A stretch of DNA of 43,004 bases from an uncultured Nitrososphaerales archaeon (GTDB lineage Archaea > Thermoproteota > Nitrososphaeria > Nitrososphaerales > Nitrososphaeraceae): contig CAVPXM010000040.1 of the NCBI GenBank assembly GCA_963709405.1, positions 1 through 43,004 of the forward strand, given 5' to 3'. The translations under genes were made by a program, and so were the position numbers. The notes beneath the pieces were generated by a model. That model was not told the origin of the DNA. It worked only from the letters and a program-made list of their open reading frames with translations, and made no database searches. How positions within the stretch are numbered: position 1 is the stretch's first letter; every line of letters starts with the position of its first letter. Below are positions 20,995 through 32,255 of the stretch, piece by piece.

Positions 20995-21394
20995 ATGCTA
21001 GGAGAAATCTTCGAGGAAGGAGATGGAAAGATAACAGATATGCGTGTTCTTGAGGATAAGAGAATAGAAGTATCGTTCAATGAGAGCGGAAGATAATCGG
21101 AATGGAACTTTCAGGCACCGCAACAATGTTAACAATTGGAAATCCTGACGGATCCATTTCTGGCGAAGGACAAGCAGTATTAACTAAACCTCGAATGGAG
21201 GAGATATTGTGACATAGAGAGAAATTGCAGTTGGTAATTCAGAAAGTAAAGCCTTGGCTATTAGCTGGGGTGATGCTAAAACCTATCAAACATCCTCTGA
21301 AAGACTTACAAGGCTTAACGGCACACCACTTGTTTTCGAAGCTGAAGCGGATTAAAGCGGAGAAGAGTGGCGCAAACGTTGGGAATGGAAGTAA
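20995..21394 (+). pseudogene. Frameshifted hypothetical protein
   Basis: MLGEIFEEGDGKITDMRVL..PDGSISGEGQAV..WEWK*, broken by several shifts. Confidence 0.55.
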
Positions 21395-21420
21395 ATGAAT
21401 GACATTGTTAAAGTATATCA

Positions 21421-21693
21421 ATGATTGGTGGTATTAGAAAAACAATGCCTGCTGAAGCAATAAAGAAATGCATAGTATGTAGACAGGATATCTCTTCTAC
21501 TCTTGCACATTACAAGAGTGGATACTGCTATAGACATTATCAGATCCTCGACTCACTTAAAAACGAGTTTGCTGCTGGGCTCTCATCTACCAGCAATGAT
21601 GAGCCGACCTGGAGAGAGTTTCTTCTGCAAAAGAAACAAGACAACCTAGACCCAGATTTACAGAGTGTCATCGAAGCGGAACTAGCCCGTTAG
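21421..21693 (+). CDS. Small protein with CxxC..CxxH zinc motif
   Basis: CIVC..YCYRH. Confidence 0.6.
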   Translation: MIGGIRKTMPAEAIKKCIVCRQDISSTLAHYKSGYCYRHYQILDSLKNEFAAGLSSTSNDEPTWREFLLQKKQDNLDPDLQSVIEAELAR

Positions 21694-21910
21694 TTAAAAT
21701 TGGTCTTACCGCTGTTGGTTTGAAGATTTCTGTTTTCTGTATATTCAATGAATTATCTTTTCATCCTGTGATTTAAGAATGATCGGTATGAGTTGCATAA
21801 AAATGTGATGTAAAAATCTTAGTTGGCCTCAAGTTAAAAGTTCACACATCTTATATTCTGTAGCAAATAAGCAGGCTGACTGTCCGCCTAATGATTGCAT
21901 CTGTACTGAT

Positions 21911-23311
21911 TTATTCTCTACTGATTTGATCGAAACCATTCTGATCATTGTTATTGAATATGATGTTGCAAATGGTAATCACAGGCTCCGGTCTGCAGAT
22001 AGCAAGTAGGTGGAAAGATGCAGCAGTCGTTTTTAATCTTTCATTTTTTTGAATTGCTATGTTTCGATTTGATTTTGACTGGTCAGGAGCTTTTTGAAAC
22101 GTCGCATCTGACCAATCAAATATGCGTTGATTTGATAATGCTGGTGCACCACATTGGCAGTGTTCGTCTGCACTCTCTTCCGTAGTAAATAAAATGTATT
22201 TCTTTGGACATGTTAGTGTGTCAAAAAGCTTCTCTGGTTGTCCGGGGAATGAATCACCATTTTCGGCTTCAAGAACTAGTGTCGGACATTTAATATTGCC
22301 TGCAATGTTTTTCATAGTATAATTTTTCGACACTTGTATTAAATCAAATGGTGTACTAATACCTGCAGTCCACATACCATGTTTTATGTTGAACCTTATA
22401 TTTGGATCGAACTCCATCAAAATGTCAATTACCATGTTAACACTCTTCGAATCGCCATTGTCGAGTGCAGTTAGTAATGATTTAGGAAAGCTTGAAGCAA
22501 GAGCATCGTATCCGTCAAAAAAGCCATCATTCAATATGCATGCTGCTATGCGATTTTCAAACGCAGCAGCCTTTGCAGCTAAATATCTCCCCATGCTTAT
22601 CCCCATGAGTGCTATACGTGTTAATGCGTAGTCCACTACTGATGTTACTACCTTTTCGCAATCATGTCTAAATGGAATCTTTTGTTCATGTATTACGCCA
22701 CCCTGACCCTGACCTTCAAAGGTCAAGCAGTTGTAGTTTCGTTCTAAGGCAGGTGCTGCCCCCCCGAGGCATAAAGATCCTCTAGAGTGGAATCAAAACC
22801 GCCATGAACCAGTAGTGTAGGTCTCGGGCCGGATACATCAGTGACATTGCTCGCATTTCTTGCTGTTCTCAATTCCAGGTACACGATAAAAATATCCAGG
22901 TAACATGGTACCCTCGTATTGTATTTCTATTGATTCAAACTACGGTGAAAATAGCCTAGCGGCGTTCCCAAAACATACTTTGCTACTTCTCCAAGTAGTT
23001 TGAATTCTTGCATCTTCTGGATCCATAAGAAGAAATTCGGCTGCTCTATAATAATTTGACGCACGAAGATAAGCATCCCGCGCTCTTATTTTGTGTCCAG
23101 CGGCAAGACTGTTGTCAGCCTATTTGTGAACTCTTTTTGCTGTCTTTAACCATTCTTGGTGCCAACTCTCAAAGTCACCTTCCTTGATGCGATACGCGGT
23201 AGAAAGACATTCCCCGATAGCTGCTCCTTTGTAATAGGTCTCATTCAGGGCTCTTAGCAATTGAAGAGAGAAGGTTGGATCTTGAAAAACAATCTTCATA
23301 ATGTGATTCAC
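21911..23311 (-). pseudogene. Alpha/beta hydrolase (FrsA-like), disrupted
   Basis: N-terminal ORF ends at a premature TAG (23120-23122). It continues AYLRASNYYRAAEFF, LPGYFY, LLVHGGFDST, FEGQGQG, GISMG, EHCQ with frameshifts. Confidence 0.85.
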
Positions 23312-23784
23312 TACAAGTGAATAATATTTAAGTGGTAGGTATGGCCTCAGATTCGTATCTAAAGTTGAGTTCAGTTTTAGTAGTGCGTAGTAATTCCTTA
23401 ACTTTGTTATCTCTAAAAGAAGGGAGTTATGACATGAACTAGTTGGTTCGGCATACTATTCAAGAGCGGTGTCCACTATATAATATAAATAAATAAATTT
23501 AATTTCATGATATTACTTCAATAATGAGCCAAATTATTGATCTAAACCATGTGCTGGTATGAATAAAAAGATAACAATGGAACTCACGGTTCACATTTGA
23601 TTCCAATTTTAGACACATAGAGGAATTAAGCGGATATTCCAAATTATCTCTAGGCATGACAAGTAACTTAAAAGCTAAGCTTCGTTGCCAATAAAACACT
23701 ATGATGCCAAAATCTAGCTATCCATCTATCTTCATACTTGTCAGGCCTTATGATTCAGGTAGCTAAACCTATTTCTTGTAATTA

Positions 23785-24225
23785 TCAATCCGAGAAGTTG
23801 GGTGGTAGGTAATTTGATACCGGTGAACCATGATGATGGATTAGTAACCATTCGTTTTTATTATTATTATTATTATTATGCTCGAATATATTAGTAGCAA
23901 TAACACCAAACCTCGGCCTTGTGGTTTGCAAACTAAGTGAAGTTTCTATATTCTCCAAGCACACAACCACAGCTATATTATCAAAGATTTTTATCTTTGC
24001 GTTTGTAATAATAAATTTTATCATCTCTGTATTATGAAATATTGTTAGCCAACTCTCGCGTATTGCAAACCAACCGGTAAATAAATCCCAACCTGGGTGT
24101 ATGCAAACAATATCGTCATCATGTTTCCATAATGTTTCCATCTTCTCGATTGATAGATTCTCAAATGCACGATAGAATTCAGAGTTAATATTCAATACTT
24201 TGAGTTCATCTTTGTTTTCATTCAT
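23785..24225 (-). CDS. NTF2/SnoaL-like domain protein
   Basis: EFYRAFE, CIHPGW, ATNIFE, WLLIHHHGSP; poly-Asn from (TTA)7 at 23858-23878. Confidence 0.88.
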   Translation of the reverse strand: MNENKDELKVLNINSEFYRAFENLSIEKMETLWKHDDDIVCIHPGWDLFTGWFAIRESWLTIFHNTEMIKFIITNAKIKIFDNIAVVVCLENIETSLSLQTTRPRFGVIATNIFEHNNNNNNKNEWLLIHHHGSPVSNYLPPNFSD

Positions 24226-24567
24226 TTTGTTATGATATTATATTCAACGCTACCTTTAACTAGTTTCTAAACGCTCCATATTCCCTAATAACGCCTAAAT
24301 ACCATGCTTATCAAGGTTTAGGGTGGAAAGAATTATCCTTACAATCAGAGTAATCTCATTATTTTCTTAATTCGATTGGGTCCGTCAATCCTTAATTAAT
24401 AGCTGCTGACGAAGATTTTCCTAAATGTAGATTCCTTAATCTGCCTTTCGATAACATATCGCATATGCGATTATTGTGGTAAATACAAAAAGACAACCGT
24501 ACTCAATCAGCCATATGTAAGATTATTTCAAGAAATAAAAACCGCAGTTTTTATACTATTGTAATGA

Positions 24568-24753
24568 CTACATATCGATTCCTAAAACTCCAGCATTTCC
24601 CCAGTTTTCTTTTGAAACTTCATAAATCAAGATCCTTATTTTTTCCTCTTGTGTCTTCATAATCCTTGCTGTCTCTTTTGTTAATATCTTAACAAGTTCC
24701 CGCTTTTGCTCTACAGATCTGCCTTGGCTTATTGTTATTTGTATTACAGGCAT
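24568..24753 (-). CDS. 4-oxalocrotonate tautomerase family protein
   Basis: N-terminal Pro (MPVIQI), GRSVEQKREL, ENWGNAG; 61 aa. Confidence 0.92.
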   Translation of the reverse strand: MPVIQITISQGRSVEQKRELVKILTKETARIMKTQEEKIRILIYEVSKENWGNAGVLGIDM

Positions 24754-25163
24754 AGTTTCTTTACCGGGTTTCTATCTTATTTATGATCATGTAAGGAATA
24801 TCTTTTAATCGTTGATATCGACTTTAATATATTGTCCATCACCGAGCCATGCAGATTATTCATTAGCTTATAAACATAAACTTGAATAAATGGTAAATCA
24901 CACTAAATGATATGAATACTGAACAAATACAGATACAAACAGAGATGAAGAGTCCGGGTTGGTCTGACTCTTAAAAGCTAATGAACGGTTATTTGATTTT
25001 AACAATGGGTCATTTCTTGACATCTGTTCAAATAACATCATCTAAAATTATTTGCTCAGCGACCGAATTCAATACAACTTTGATATTAGAATCATCAAAC
25101 GATACACTTATGTAAGATATCTAAAATTAAGTATATCTAAATATAAAATGTGAATTGAAAAGA

Positions 25164-26822
25164 CTATCCATTTAACTTTTTAAAATCAATTCCCAAATCA
25201 CCTAGGATAACCTGTGCGGCGTTTCTACCGGGTGCCATTGAAACACCTGGTCCAGGATGATTTCCTGATCCACAAAGATATACATTCTGAAGGGAAGGAA
25301 CTCTATAATTGCTTAATTGAGGTATCGGACGCATCGACCCTGACTGATATGGCAAAACAGCTCCACACGAAAGTGTTCCCTTGATGCAAGTGGTGGGCTT
25401 GTTTTCGTAGTCTACTGGAGAGTATGACACTTTCTTTGAGACTATAGATTTTAGATTTGGAATATAATCGTGCGTAATCATATCGATAATTTGATCGCTG
25501 TACTGCTCCTTGATATCCGACCAATCTATTTTCATGGCCCTTTCATTATTACCTATATCATAACTTTTTATGTCATACGGTACGCTGAGTATAAGAAATT
25601 TTATAAGCTGATTTGTGCCCTCGGCTTGAGGTGGCACTCTACTAGGATCTATTATTGAATCGTTACTCATTATTGAGAGAGGATTATTTGGAATCATTCC
25701 ACTTCTACATTCGTAAAAAATTTTTGAAAAATACTCTAGTGTTGGTGGAGAAAGGTGAATTTGAGATGACCTACTGACCTCTTGGTCTGATCTATATTCT
25801 AACCTTCCATCCAAAGCTAAATAAATACCAAAAATAGAATCTCCCCATTCAATCCTCTTAATACTATTTATTATAGTTGAGTCAACATAGTCCTCTCCAA
25901 TAAGCTTAAGGATCAAAGTGGAAGGGTCAGTGCTTGAAGCCACTAATTTTTTTGCCGTAATGCTCTTCCCGTTAGCCAAAATAACACCCATAGCTTTGCC
26001 GTTCTCAATAATGATTTTGGTAACACTCGCATTGGTCATTATGGCTCCATTTCTGGATTCAATGAATTTTGCAAGGGCTTTAGGAAGGTTAACAAAGCCA
26101 CCCCTTACTACATTGTTACCTTTATCCTGTATAATACTTGCGAACAAATGGCATAGCTCTCCTCCTCCCGCATCATCTGGAGAAAGACCTACAAATGCCG
26201 CGAAGGTTCCGAAGACAACTTTAGCTTCGTCTGACTCAAAATTTTCGTCACACCAAGAGCGCATAGATTGTAGCTGTTTACGGTACTCTTCGGCCAGAGT
26301 GTACCCTTGTCTATATTCCAGTTGCTCTATTTTTTCTGTAGGTATTCTTAAATCGGCTGGAGGTGAGTTTATAGAAGAAATTATTTTCTCTCGATCTGAC
26401 AGATATGTGTTAAACATATTATGCCATGTTCGAGCATCTCTCACTGAAAATTTCTCAATGCTTTTTATTGTCTTGTCTAGAGATTTGTACATAGAAATAT
26501 ATCTGCCATTTGGAAAAATATGCGAAAATGATATTTCAGGATATATTAGCTCGAAACCAAATTTGTCAAGGTCTAACTCATTGGGAACTGGAGACACATT
26601 TGCAAGCTGATAACCAAACGCATGTATATCAGATTTAAATCCAGGAAGAGTAATATCTTCAGTTATTGTCATGCCTCCTATAGAATGATATTCTTCTAAA
26701 ATCAATACCCTAAGGCCCGCTTTTGCGAGATAACATCCACAAGTTAAGCCATTATGGCCTGCGCCTACTATGATGGCATCATATTCTAAAGAGGATTGCA
26801 AGAAACTTGAGTGTGATAACAT
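25164..26822 (-). CDS. Phytoene-dehydrogenase-like FAD/NAD(P)-dependent oxidoreductase
   Basis: IVGAGHNGL, GGMTITE, YLCGSGNHPGPGVSMAPGRNAA. Confidence 0.9.
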   Translation of the reverse strand: MLSHSSFLQSSLEYDAIIVGAGHNGLTCGCYLAKAGLRVLILEEYHSIGGMTITEDITLPGFKSDIHAFGYQLANVSPVPNELDLDKFGFELIYPEISFSHIFPNGRYISMYKSLDKTIKSIEKFSVRDARTWHNMFNTYLSDREKIISSINSPPADLRIPTEKIEQLEYRQGYTLAEEYRKQLQSMRSWCDENFESDEAKVVFGTFAAFVGLSPDDAGGGELCHLFASIIQDKGNNVVRGGFVNLPKALAKFIESRNGAIMTNASVTKIIIENGKAMGVILANGKSITAKKLVASSTDPSTLILKLIGEDYVDSTIINSIKRIEWGDSIFGIYLALDGRLEYRSDQEVSRSSQIHLSPPTLEYFSKIFYECRSGMIPNNPLSIMSNDSIIDPSRVPPQAEGTNQLIKFLILSVPYDIKSYDIGNNERAMKIDWSDIKEQYSDQIIDMITHDYIPNLKSIVSKKVSYSPVDYENKPTTCIKGTLSCGAVLPYQSGSMRPIPQLSNYRVPSLQNVYLCGSGNHPGPGVSMAPGRNAAQVILGDLGIDFKKLNG

Positions 26823-27141
26823 TTTAATGGGTAGAGGACATCATCATAGATAAACCTGACTTGTTTTCAGTGAAGTGATAAGAATTTAGTGCAAATGATT
26901 ACTGATCCCATCACATCTCATCGCTACTTAACAAATTTGAAAATCTAAAGTGTTCGCTACCAAAGACTCCATAACCTGAATTTATGAGAATCTTTAAAGC
27001 ATACATTATGGCCCTAGAGTTATCGTGATTCACAAATCCCGACTGAAGACAAGAAGACATATCGTCTAGACGAGGGCTCAAATTAGATAGCTTATATCAA
27101 CTGCCATACATGTTTAAGAATAATATCGTTCTATAATAGAT

Positions 27142-27354
27142 ATGCAAGAATACAATCGTTGTTATAAATGTGGACTGCCTATTAATGAATCACAGCCTAC
27201 TATTATTACCGATGGGAAGATGTATCATAAATCGTGTACAATAACGTTGCAATGTTATGAATGTCGTAAAGTTATTGGGTATCAAGTAAGAGGTGACAGC
27301 AGTTCAGATAGAATAATTTATTGTGTAGAATGTGCAAGTCACAAGAAGGAGTAA
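27142..27354 (+). CDS. Double zinc-finger microprotein (LIM-like spacing)
   Basis: C-x2-C-x18-H-x2-C-x5-C-x2-C-x19-C-x2-C. Confidence 0.7.
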   Translation: MQEYNRCYKCGLPINESQPTIITDGKMYHKSCTITLQCYECRKVIGYQVRGDSSSDRIIYCVECASHKKE

Positions 27355-27454
27355 TAACTGTAGTTATATACACGCGGCCTTTACTGACTTAATCAGCCTC
27401 CCCCTCTCTGATAAGTATTACATTTTATAATAATCATGATATCGAAATCTGGTT

Positions 27455-27661
27455 ATGATGAAGAAGAACCCATTACTGCAAGTTCAATCTGATCCGTTTA
27501 AGGTGCAGGAAGCAAGAGAGATCAAACCAAATACTGAACTAAAGGAGATAGACCACGAAATAGAATGTCCTCGCTGCCATGACGTAATGATATTATCATT
27601 CGAATTTGATAGACTAGGCTACTCGTGCGAAAAGTGTAGTTTCTTATTATATTTGGTGTAA
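27455..27661 (+). CDS. Zinc-ribbon microprotein
   Basis: CPRC..CEKC. Confidence 0.7.
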   Translation: MMKKNPLLQVQSDPFKVQEAREIKPNTELKEIDHEIECPRCHDVMILSFEFDRLGYSCEKCSFLLYLV

Positions 27662-27664
27662 GAA

Positions 27665-27904
27665 ATGGGTAGGACAATTCCATCATTTAGATGAGCAACA
27701 TCAGGCGAAGAAAATGAATGGAAGGAATTTCGTAAGCAACTTGATAAATTTGATAGGAAGGTCTTTGACAGAATGTTTTCTATTGAACGTATGTACAATT
27801 CAGTATGTTCTTACGCTGCTAATCCTCCAAAAATACAGCCAATATTCCTGTCGATTCTCTTCCATCATTACAAAACGCTAAAAAACATAACTGAAGAAAT
27901 ATAA
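27665..27904 (+). pseudogene. MGRTxPSFR-type small protein (PolB2-operon-associated family) with in-frame TGA
   Basis: MGRTIPSFR*ATSGEENEWKEFRKQLDKFDRKVFDRMF..QPIFLSILFHHYKTL; TGA at 27692-27694. Confidence 0.65.
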
Positions 27905-27980
27905 CGCTTAGGGGAATTCCAAAATGGAAATAAATGAGACCTGAATATCTATAAGATAAGTTGGAAACGAAAGCATCAAG

Positions 27981-28151
27981 ATGAATATCCTTAAAATAAG
28001 TGCTATCGGTATGCTTGGGTTTGTCACAATTCTTAGTTTTGTATTAGCTCTATTTGGCAGTGGTCTTGGCATGGTTATTGGGCCTATTGCATTTTTTATT
28101 TTAGTGGTTATGCTGATACAAGAGAAGCGGCAAAAGGCAAAGGCTTGGTGA
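27981..28151 (+). CDS. 56-aa two-helix membrane protein, not in the ORF track
   Basis: MNILKISAIGMLGFVTILSFVLALFGSGLGMVIGPIAFFILVVMLIQEKRQKAKAW*. Confidence 0.6.
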   Translation: MNILKISAIGMLGFVTILSFVLALFGSGLGMVIGPIAFFILVVMLIQEKRQKAKAW

Positions 28152-28442
28152 TGTACATGAAAATTGGAGATTTTATACCCTGTTGGCCTATTGGGTTTAG
28201 GCTGGTTTTATATTCTGACAGTGGTACTAATCTGGGCTCGTATTGTACAGTACCAACATCTGATTCTAGAGGGTTTTGACATGTCCCGTTTTCAAATAGT
28301 GAAGTCAAAGATATGGGTGATTATGTCCAAACTAACTTTCCAAGCGTATTCTCTCTACTCTCCAATAGAAACAGTAATAAACTATAAGACTCAGACATTT
28401 CTGATTAAATGCGTCGTTATTTCAGTACTTATCTAAGGTATA

Positions 28443-28640
28443 TCAAAAAATGGGCTTTTTCATCTTTGAGCCACACTTATTGCATTCTACAATACCTTTC
28501 ATCTCTGAGCCGCAAGAAATACAAATGTATCTCATCTTCGTCGAATTATCACTGAACCAGTTAAGTCCTGTGCTATATGCCTTCCCATCAGAGCCAAGAG
28601 ATCTTTGTTCCATAATCTGCTTTCTCCTAAGGTAGAACAA
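28443..28640 (-). CDS. Zinc-ribbon microprotein
   Basis: YICISCG..CNKCGSKMKK. Confidence 0.6.
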   Translation of the reverse strand: MFYLRRKQIMEQRSLGSDGKAYSTGLNWFSDNSTKMRYICISCGSEMKGIVECNKCGSKMKKPIF

Positions 28641-28878
28641 GATTCCTATAAATAGTGCAGTATTTGCAACGAGCCCAAGTAAAAAGCCAAAGTAGTAACT
28701 AACTAACTAACAAAATAAAGCGCAAGACTTCCTCCTATAAACAATAATTGTCTTTTTATTATTAGTTTAAGAGAGTTATTCATGTTATCTTTGCTTCGCC
28801 ATTGTCAATATAGCAAACTTTGTATATCAATGTATTTCCAAATTAATACCAAATTAAGCTACAAAAAGAGGTATAGCA

Positions 28879-29188
28879 AGAAGGTATTATAATTCCATAT
28901 AGCCTTTGGTTAGAACCAACTATCTTTAACAAAGCAATATTTTGCCAGTTTTCTATTACTGTTGATAGGATAGAATTGATGGGTTTACTTTACAATGAAT
29001 ATAGAGATCAAACGAAAAAGATGAGAGTCCATAAATAGAAGGTATTATAATTCCATATAGCCTTTGGTTAGAACCAACTATCTTTAACAAAGCAATATTT
29101 TGCCAGTTTTCTATTACTGTTGATAGGATAGAATTGATGGGTTTACTTTACAATGAATATAGAGATCAAACGAAAAAGATGAGAGTCC
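28879..29188 (+). repeat. 152-bp direct tandem duplication
   Basis: 28879-29030 matches 29037-29188, separated by ATAAAT. Confidence 0.92.
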
Positions 29189-29295
29189 GGTATCAGCAAA
29201 ATTGAGATCATGAGCTTACAGATGCACTTTTCATGACAGTTTGAGTTGTTGTATCATTTCGAAGATAGCACCAATTCTTATAATCATATCAATTC

Positions 29296-30182
29296 CTAAT
29301 AACCAGTGAATTCCTCGAGCATCATTCTTTCTTTTGGAATATGCAATTCAGCTTCTAATAGTTTTTGCATGGCTTTCAACATGCCTGGAGGGCCGCAGAT
29401 ATAAAATATTGAATTTTCTAGTTCAGATTTTTTAAGATGTCTTGTTAGCATCGCCTTATTTATGAAGCCTCGTTCTCCCCTCCAGTCAGTATCATCTAGA
29501 ATGTTAGGATTAGATTGAGGCTGATATTGGGATGAGGATGGCTGTGCGATCTTCGTTTCTCCGGCTTCTCCACCTGCGAGTGTATAAATAATTTTTAAAT
29601 TTTTATTTGTATTTGCCCATTCATCAAATTCTTCCTTATAAAGTATGTTATTCTGATTTCTGTTAGAATCAAATATAGTTATATTTACTGGTACTTGTCT
29701 ATCTGTAGCATATTTTACCATGCTGCTGAATGGAGTAACTCCTATACCTCCAGATAAAAATACAGCAGGTTTTGAATGATCTGAATGTAAAATAAATTTG
29801 CCTATGGGTGCTATTACATTCACGACGTGTCCAACTCCTAAGCTTCAAGTTTCTTTTTGAATGGTGTATCTCTTATTCTAGTACTAATTAGAATGAAATC
29901 ATCTTCTGTTGGAGAAGAGGCTAAAGTAAAGGATCGTACTGGTCCCTCTGGATCCTCTTTTGTTCCAAGATCAACAATAGCATACTGTCCTGCTTTGTAG
30001 TTCAGATGATAATTCTGTGATTGACTACTATTATCATTTCGGGAAAATTTGAATGACATAATATCTGTTCTTTCATACGATATCTTGTCAAGTAGTTTTA
30101 GCTGTCGTTTCGACGGCCTCGTCGGTACATTCTCTGTACTCGTGTCTTGGTATGGCATATTACTTTTCTCATCACTAACCAT
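29296..30182 (-). CDS. FNR-family FAD/NAD(P)H oxidoreductase split by a 1-nt frameshift
   Basis: YKAGQY, RSFTLASSP, SGGIGVTPF, YICGPPGM, EEFTGY. Adding one T at about 29840 gives KKLEALGVGHVVNVIAP. Confidence 0.88.
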
Positions 30183-30194
30183 AAATTGGTATCA

Positions 30195-30515
30195 CTAACC
30201 TGTATCCACAGAGATCTGTCCACTACCTTCGTCGATTATAACAGGATATGATTTCAGATCGGTAACCCAATTTGTTTCGGTAGACGCTTTTGCTGTACGT
30301 ATATCAAATATACCTTGGTGCCAAGGACAAGTTAGGGTATAGTCTTCCAAGGTCCCCTCCTCTAGAGGGCCACCTTCATGCGAGCAGATTGAATCCATAG
30401 CATAGAACTTATCTTTTATTTTTGTAAATACTATGGATTTGCCATCAACGTCTTCTCTCAATAGCTTGCCTTCTTGTAGATCATTTTTACTTAATGAAGT
30501 TTTTGAGATAGGCAT
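30195..30515 (-). CDS. Rieske-type [2Fe-2S] ferredoxin
   Basis: CSH..CPWH. Confidence 0.93.
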   Translation of the reverse strand: MPISKTSLSKNDLQEGKLLREDVDGKSIVFTKIKDKFYAMDSICSHEGGPLEEGTLEDYTLTCPWHQGIFDIRTAKASTETNWVTDLKSYPVIIDEGSGQISVDTG

Positions 30516-30849
30516 TATCTATTGTTTGTATGGACTATTTATATTATAAATCATCCTCATCAAATTTAGCCGTCTGATATGAAAGGATAAGTCATATCAA
30601 TTTACTAAACCCCACATTTTGTTTTTTTACACTCATCTGCAACGCGAGATGAGGTAGCTCTTCAATCACGCCAGATTTGGATTATGATGTACTGAAAAGT
30701 TTTGTAAAAGTAGTACCGTCAAGCAGATAAGAAGACATGCTGACATAAATCGCAGAAGGGAGTATGCTGAGGCTGGAAGGTACGATGTTATGCTATTGAA
30801 CGATCAGATTGCAGAGGATACGGAAGTGAAAAGTACGAATCCTTCATCA

Positions 30850-31746
30850 TCAAATATAGTCTTCTGAAAATTCTAGGTTGTTATCTAAGAGACTGTTAAG
30901 AAATGCTGGCAAATGATTAAAGTCAATGTGATGTTTACAGTCCAACTGCGGTTTCAATCTGTTGTCGGAATGTATGCCTACTGATACACCTGCCTTTCTG
31001 AATGCTGGATTGTCATTCTCTGAGTCTCCCAAGTACATTATATTTTGTAAGTTATCTGCCATATCAGGGATTCCTGAGACTATATGATCAAATGCAATAC
31101 CCTTATTGCATCGGATTACGTAGACATCAATGAATGGATGTGTAGTATATGTTTGTACATACAGTTCAGATTCCTTAGAGTGCATCATCTGTTTATCATG
31201 TATTATTTTATTTAATAATGGTTCGGAATCTAGTTTGAAAGACTTCCAGTCTTTCATATGCCTCCAGTCGATTGTAATGCCTGCTAAATAACCTTTGTTA
31301 GTAACAGTAAACTTTTTTTCAATATTCACCTCTTGAAATTTTGACCCTACTTCATCGGCTAATTGGTTTATTATCAGTGAATTCTTTTTCAATAAATTAC
31401 TATTAACTATGTGTCCACCTTTAACACAACTCAAATCGCTGCAATCTAAGGCATATGGTATGATAGAATCAAGTAATTTTGTCTGGTCTGTACCTATCTG
31501 TAAGCTATGTCTTTTCATAATTAGGGTTTCGATCCCTAAAATACATGAGATGACACTACTAAACTTCGTTCTACTATGTAAGAAGCTAAAATCCTTGCTT
31601 GATACAATGCAAATTGGTATCCTGTCCGAAATTTTCCACAGAACAGCATTTAGATGATCTGGGATAAAATTTCGCTCCTCTTCCATTATAGAGGCTGTTC
31701 GACAAAGAGTGCCATCATAATCTGAGAATATAGCAGCTATTTGCAT
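30850..31746 (-). CDS. HAD-superfamily (IIB-like) hydrolase
   Basis: FSDYDGTL, NKGIA, YLGDSENDNPAF. Confidence 0.85.
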   Translation of the reverse strand: MQIAAIFSDYDGTLCRTASIMEEERNFIPDHLNAVLWKISDRIPICIVSSKDFSFLHSRTKFSSVISCILGIETLIMKRHSLQIGTDQTKLLDSIIPYALDCSDLSCVKGGHIVNSNLLKKNSLIINQLADEVGSKFQEVNIEKKFTVTNKGYLAGITIDWRHMKDWKSFKLDSEPLLNKIIHDKQMMHSKESELYVQTYTTHPFIDVYVIRCNKGIAFDHIVSGIPDMADNLQNIMYLGDSENDNPAFRKAGVSVGIHSDNRLKPQLDCKHHIDFNHLPAFLNSLLDNNLEFSEDYI

Positions 31747-31988
31747 AGGAGTGCTTGCACAGATATCTAATTCAATTAATATTATAAATTGAGCGGTTTC
31801 TTGAATTTATTTATCATATAAATACTCACGATGAATTCCTTGTTGCGTAACCTATCAAGTGAGTAAGTACTCTATATCAATTAACACATAGAGCACATCA
31901 TACAGCTTGTGCACTTGACTTGATTGGGTAGAGATCTGGATCTAATTTGGAAAAATCTATTTAAAATGAACACGACTACATATGCACT

Positions 31989-32255
31989 ATGAATCTTCGA
32001 TCCGTAGCTTTACAATTGTGTACGTGTACGTGGATTGAAATAATGACCGGAGTTGGAGTCTCTTTGTATCTTCTATATCTTCACAGCTACATGCTTGCAG
32101 CTATAACATTGGCTGTATTCACACCACTCATAGCATTCCATTTTATAATGACAAAAATGTCACAATCAGATGATTATTGTTGTAATGGTCAGAAATGGAG
32201 CAGAAATAGGTGGTCGTTTAAAAACAAGATTGCTAAACAGGTTAACACAAAATGA
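31989..32255 (+). CDS. Small membrane protein
   Basis: Two hydrophobic segments and a basic tail. Confidence 0.45.
   Translation: MNLRSVALQLCTCTWIEIMTGVGVSLYLLYLHSYMLAAITLAVFTPLIAFHFIMTKMSQSDDYCCNGQKWSRNRWSFKNKIAKQVNTK

Noticed and set aside
25918-26610. 230-aa plus-strand ORF, and similar antisense ORFs over EF-2, the kinase and transposases
   Set aside because: Shadow ORFs opposite well-supported genes.
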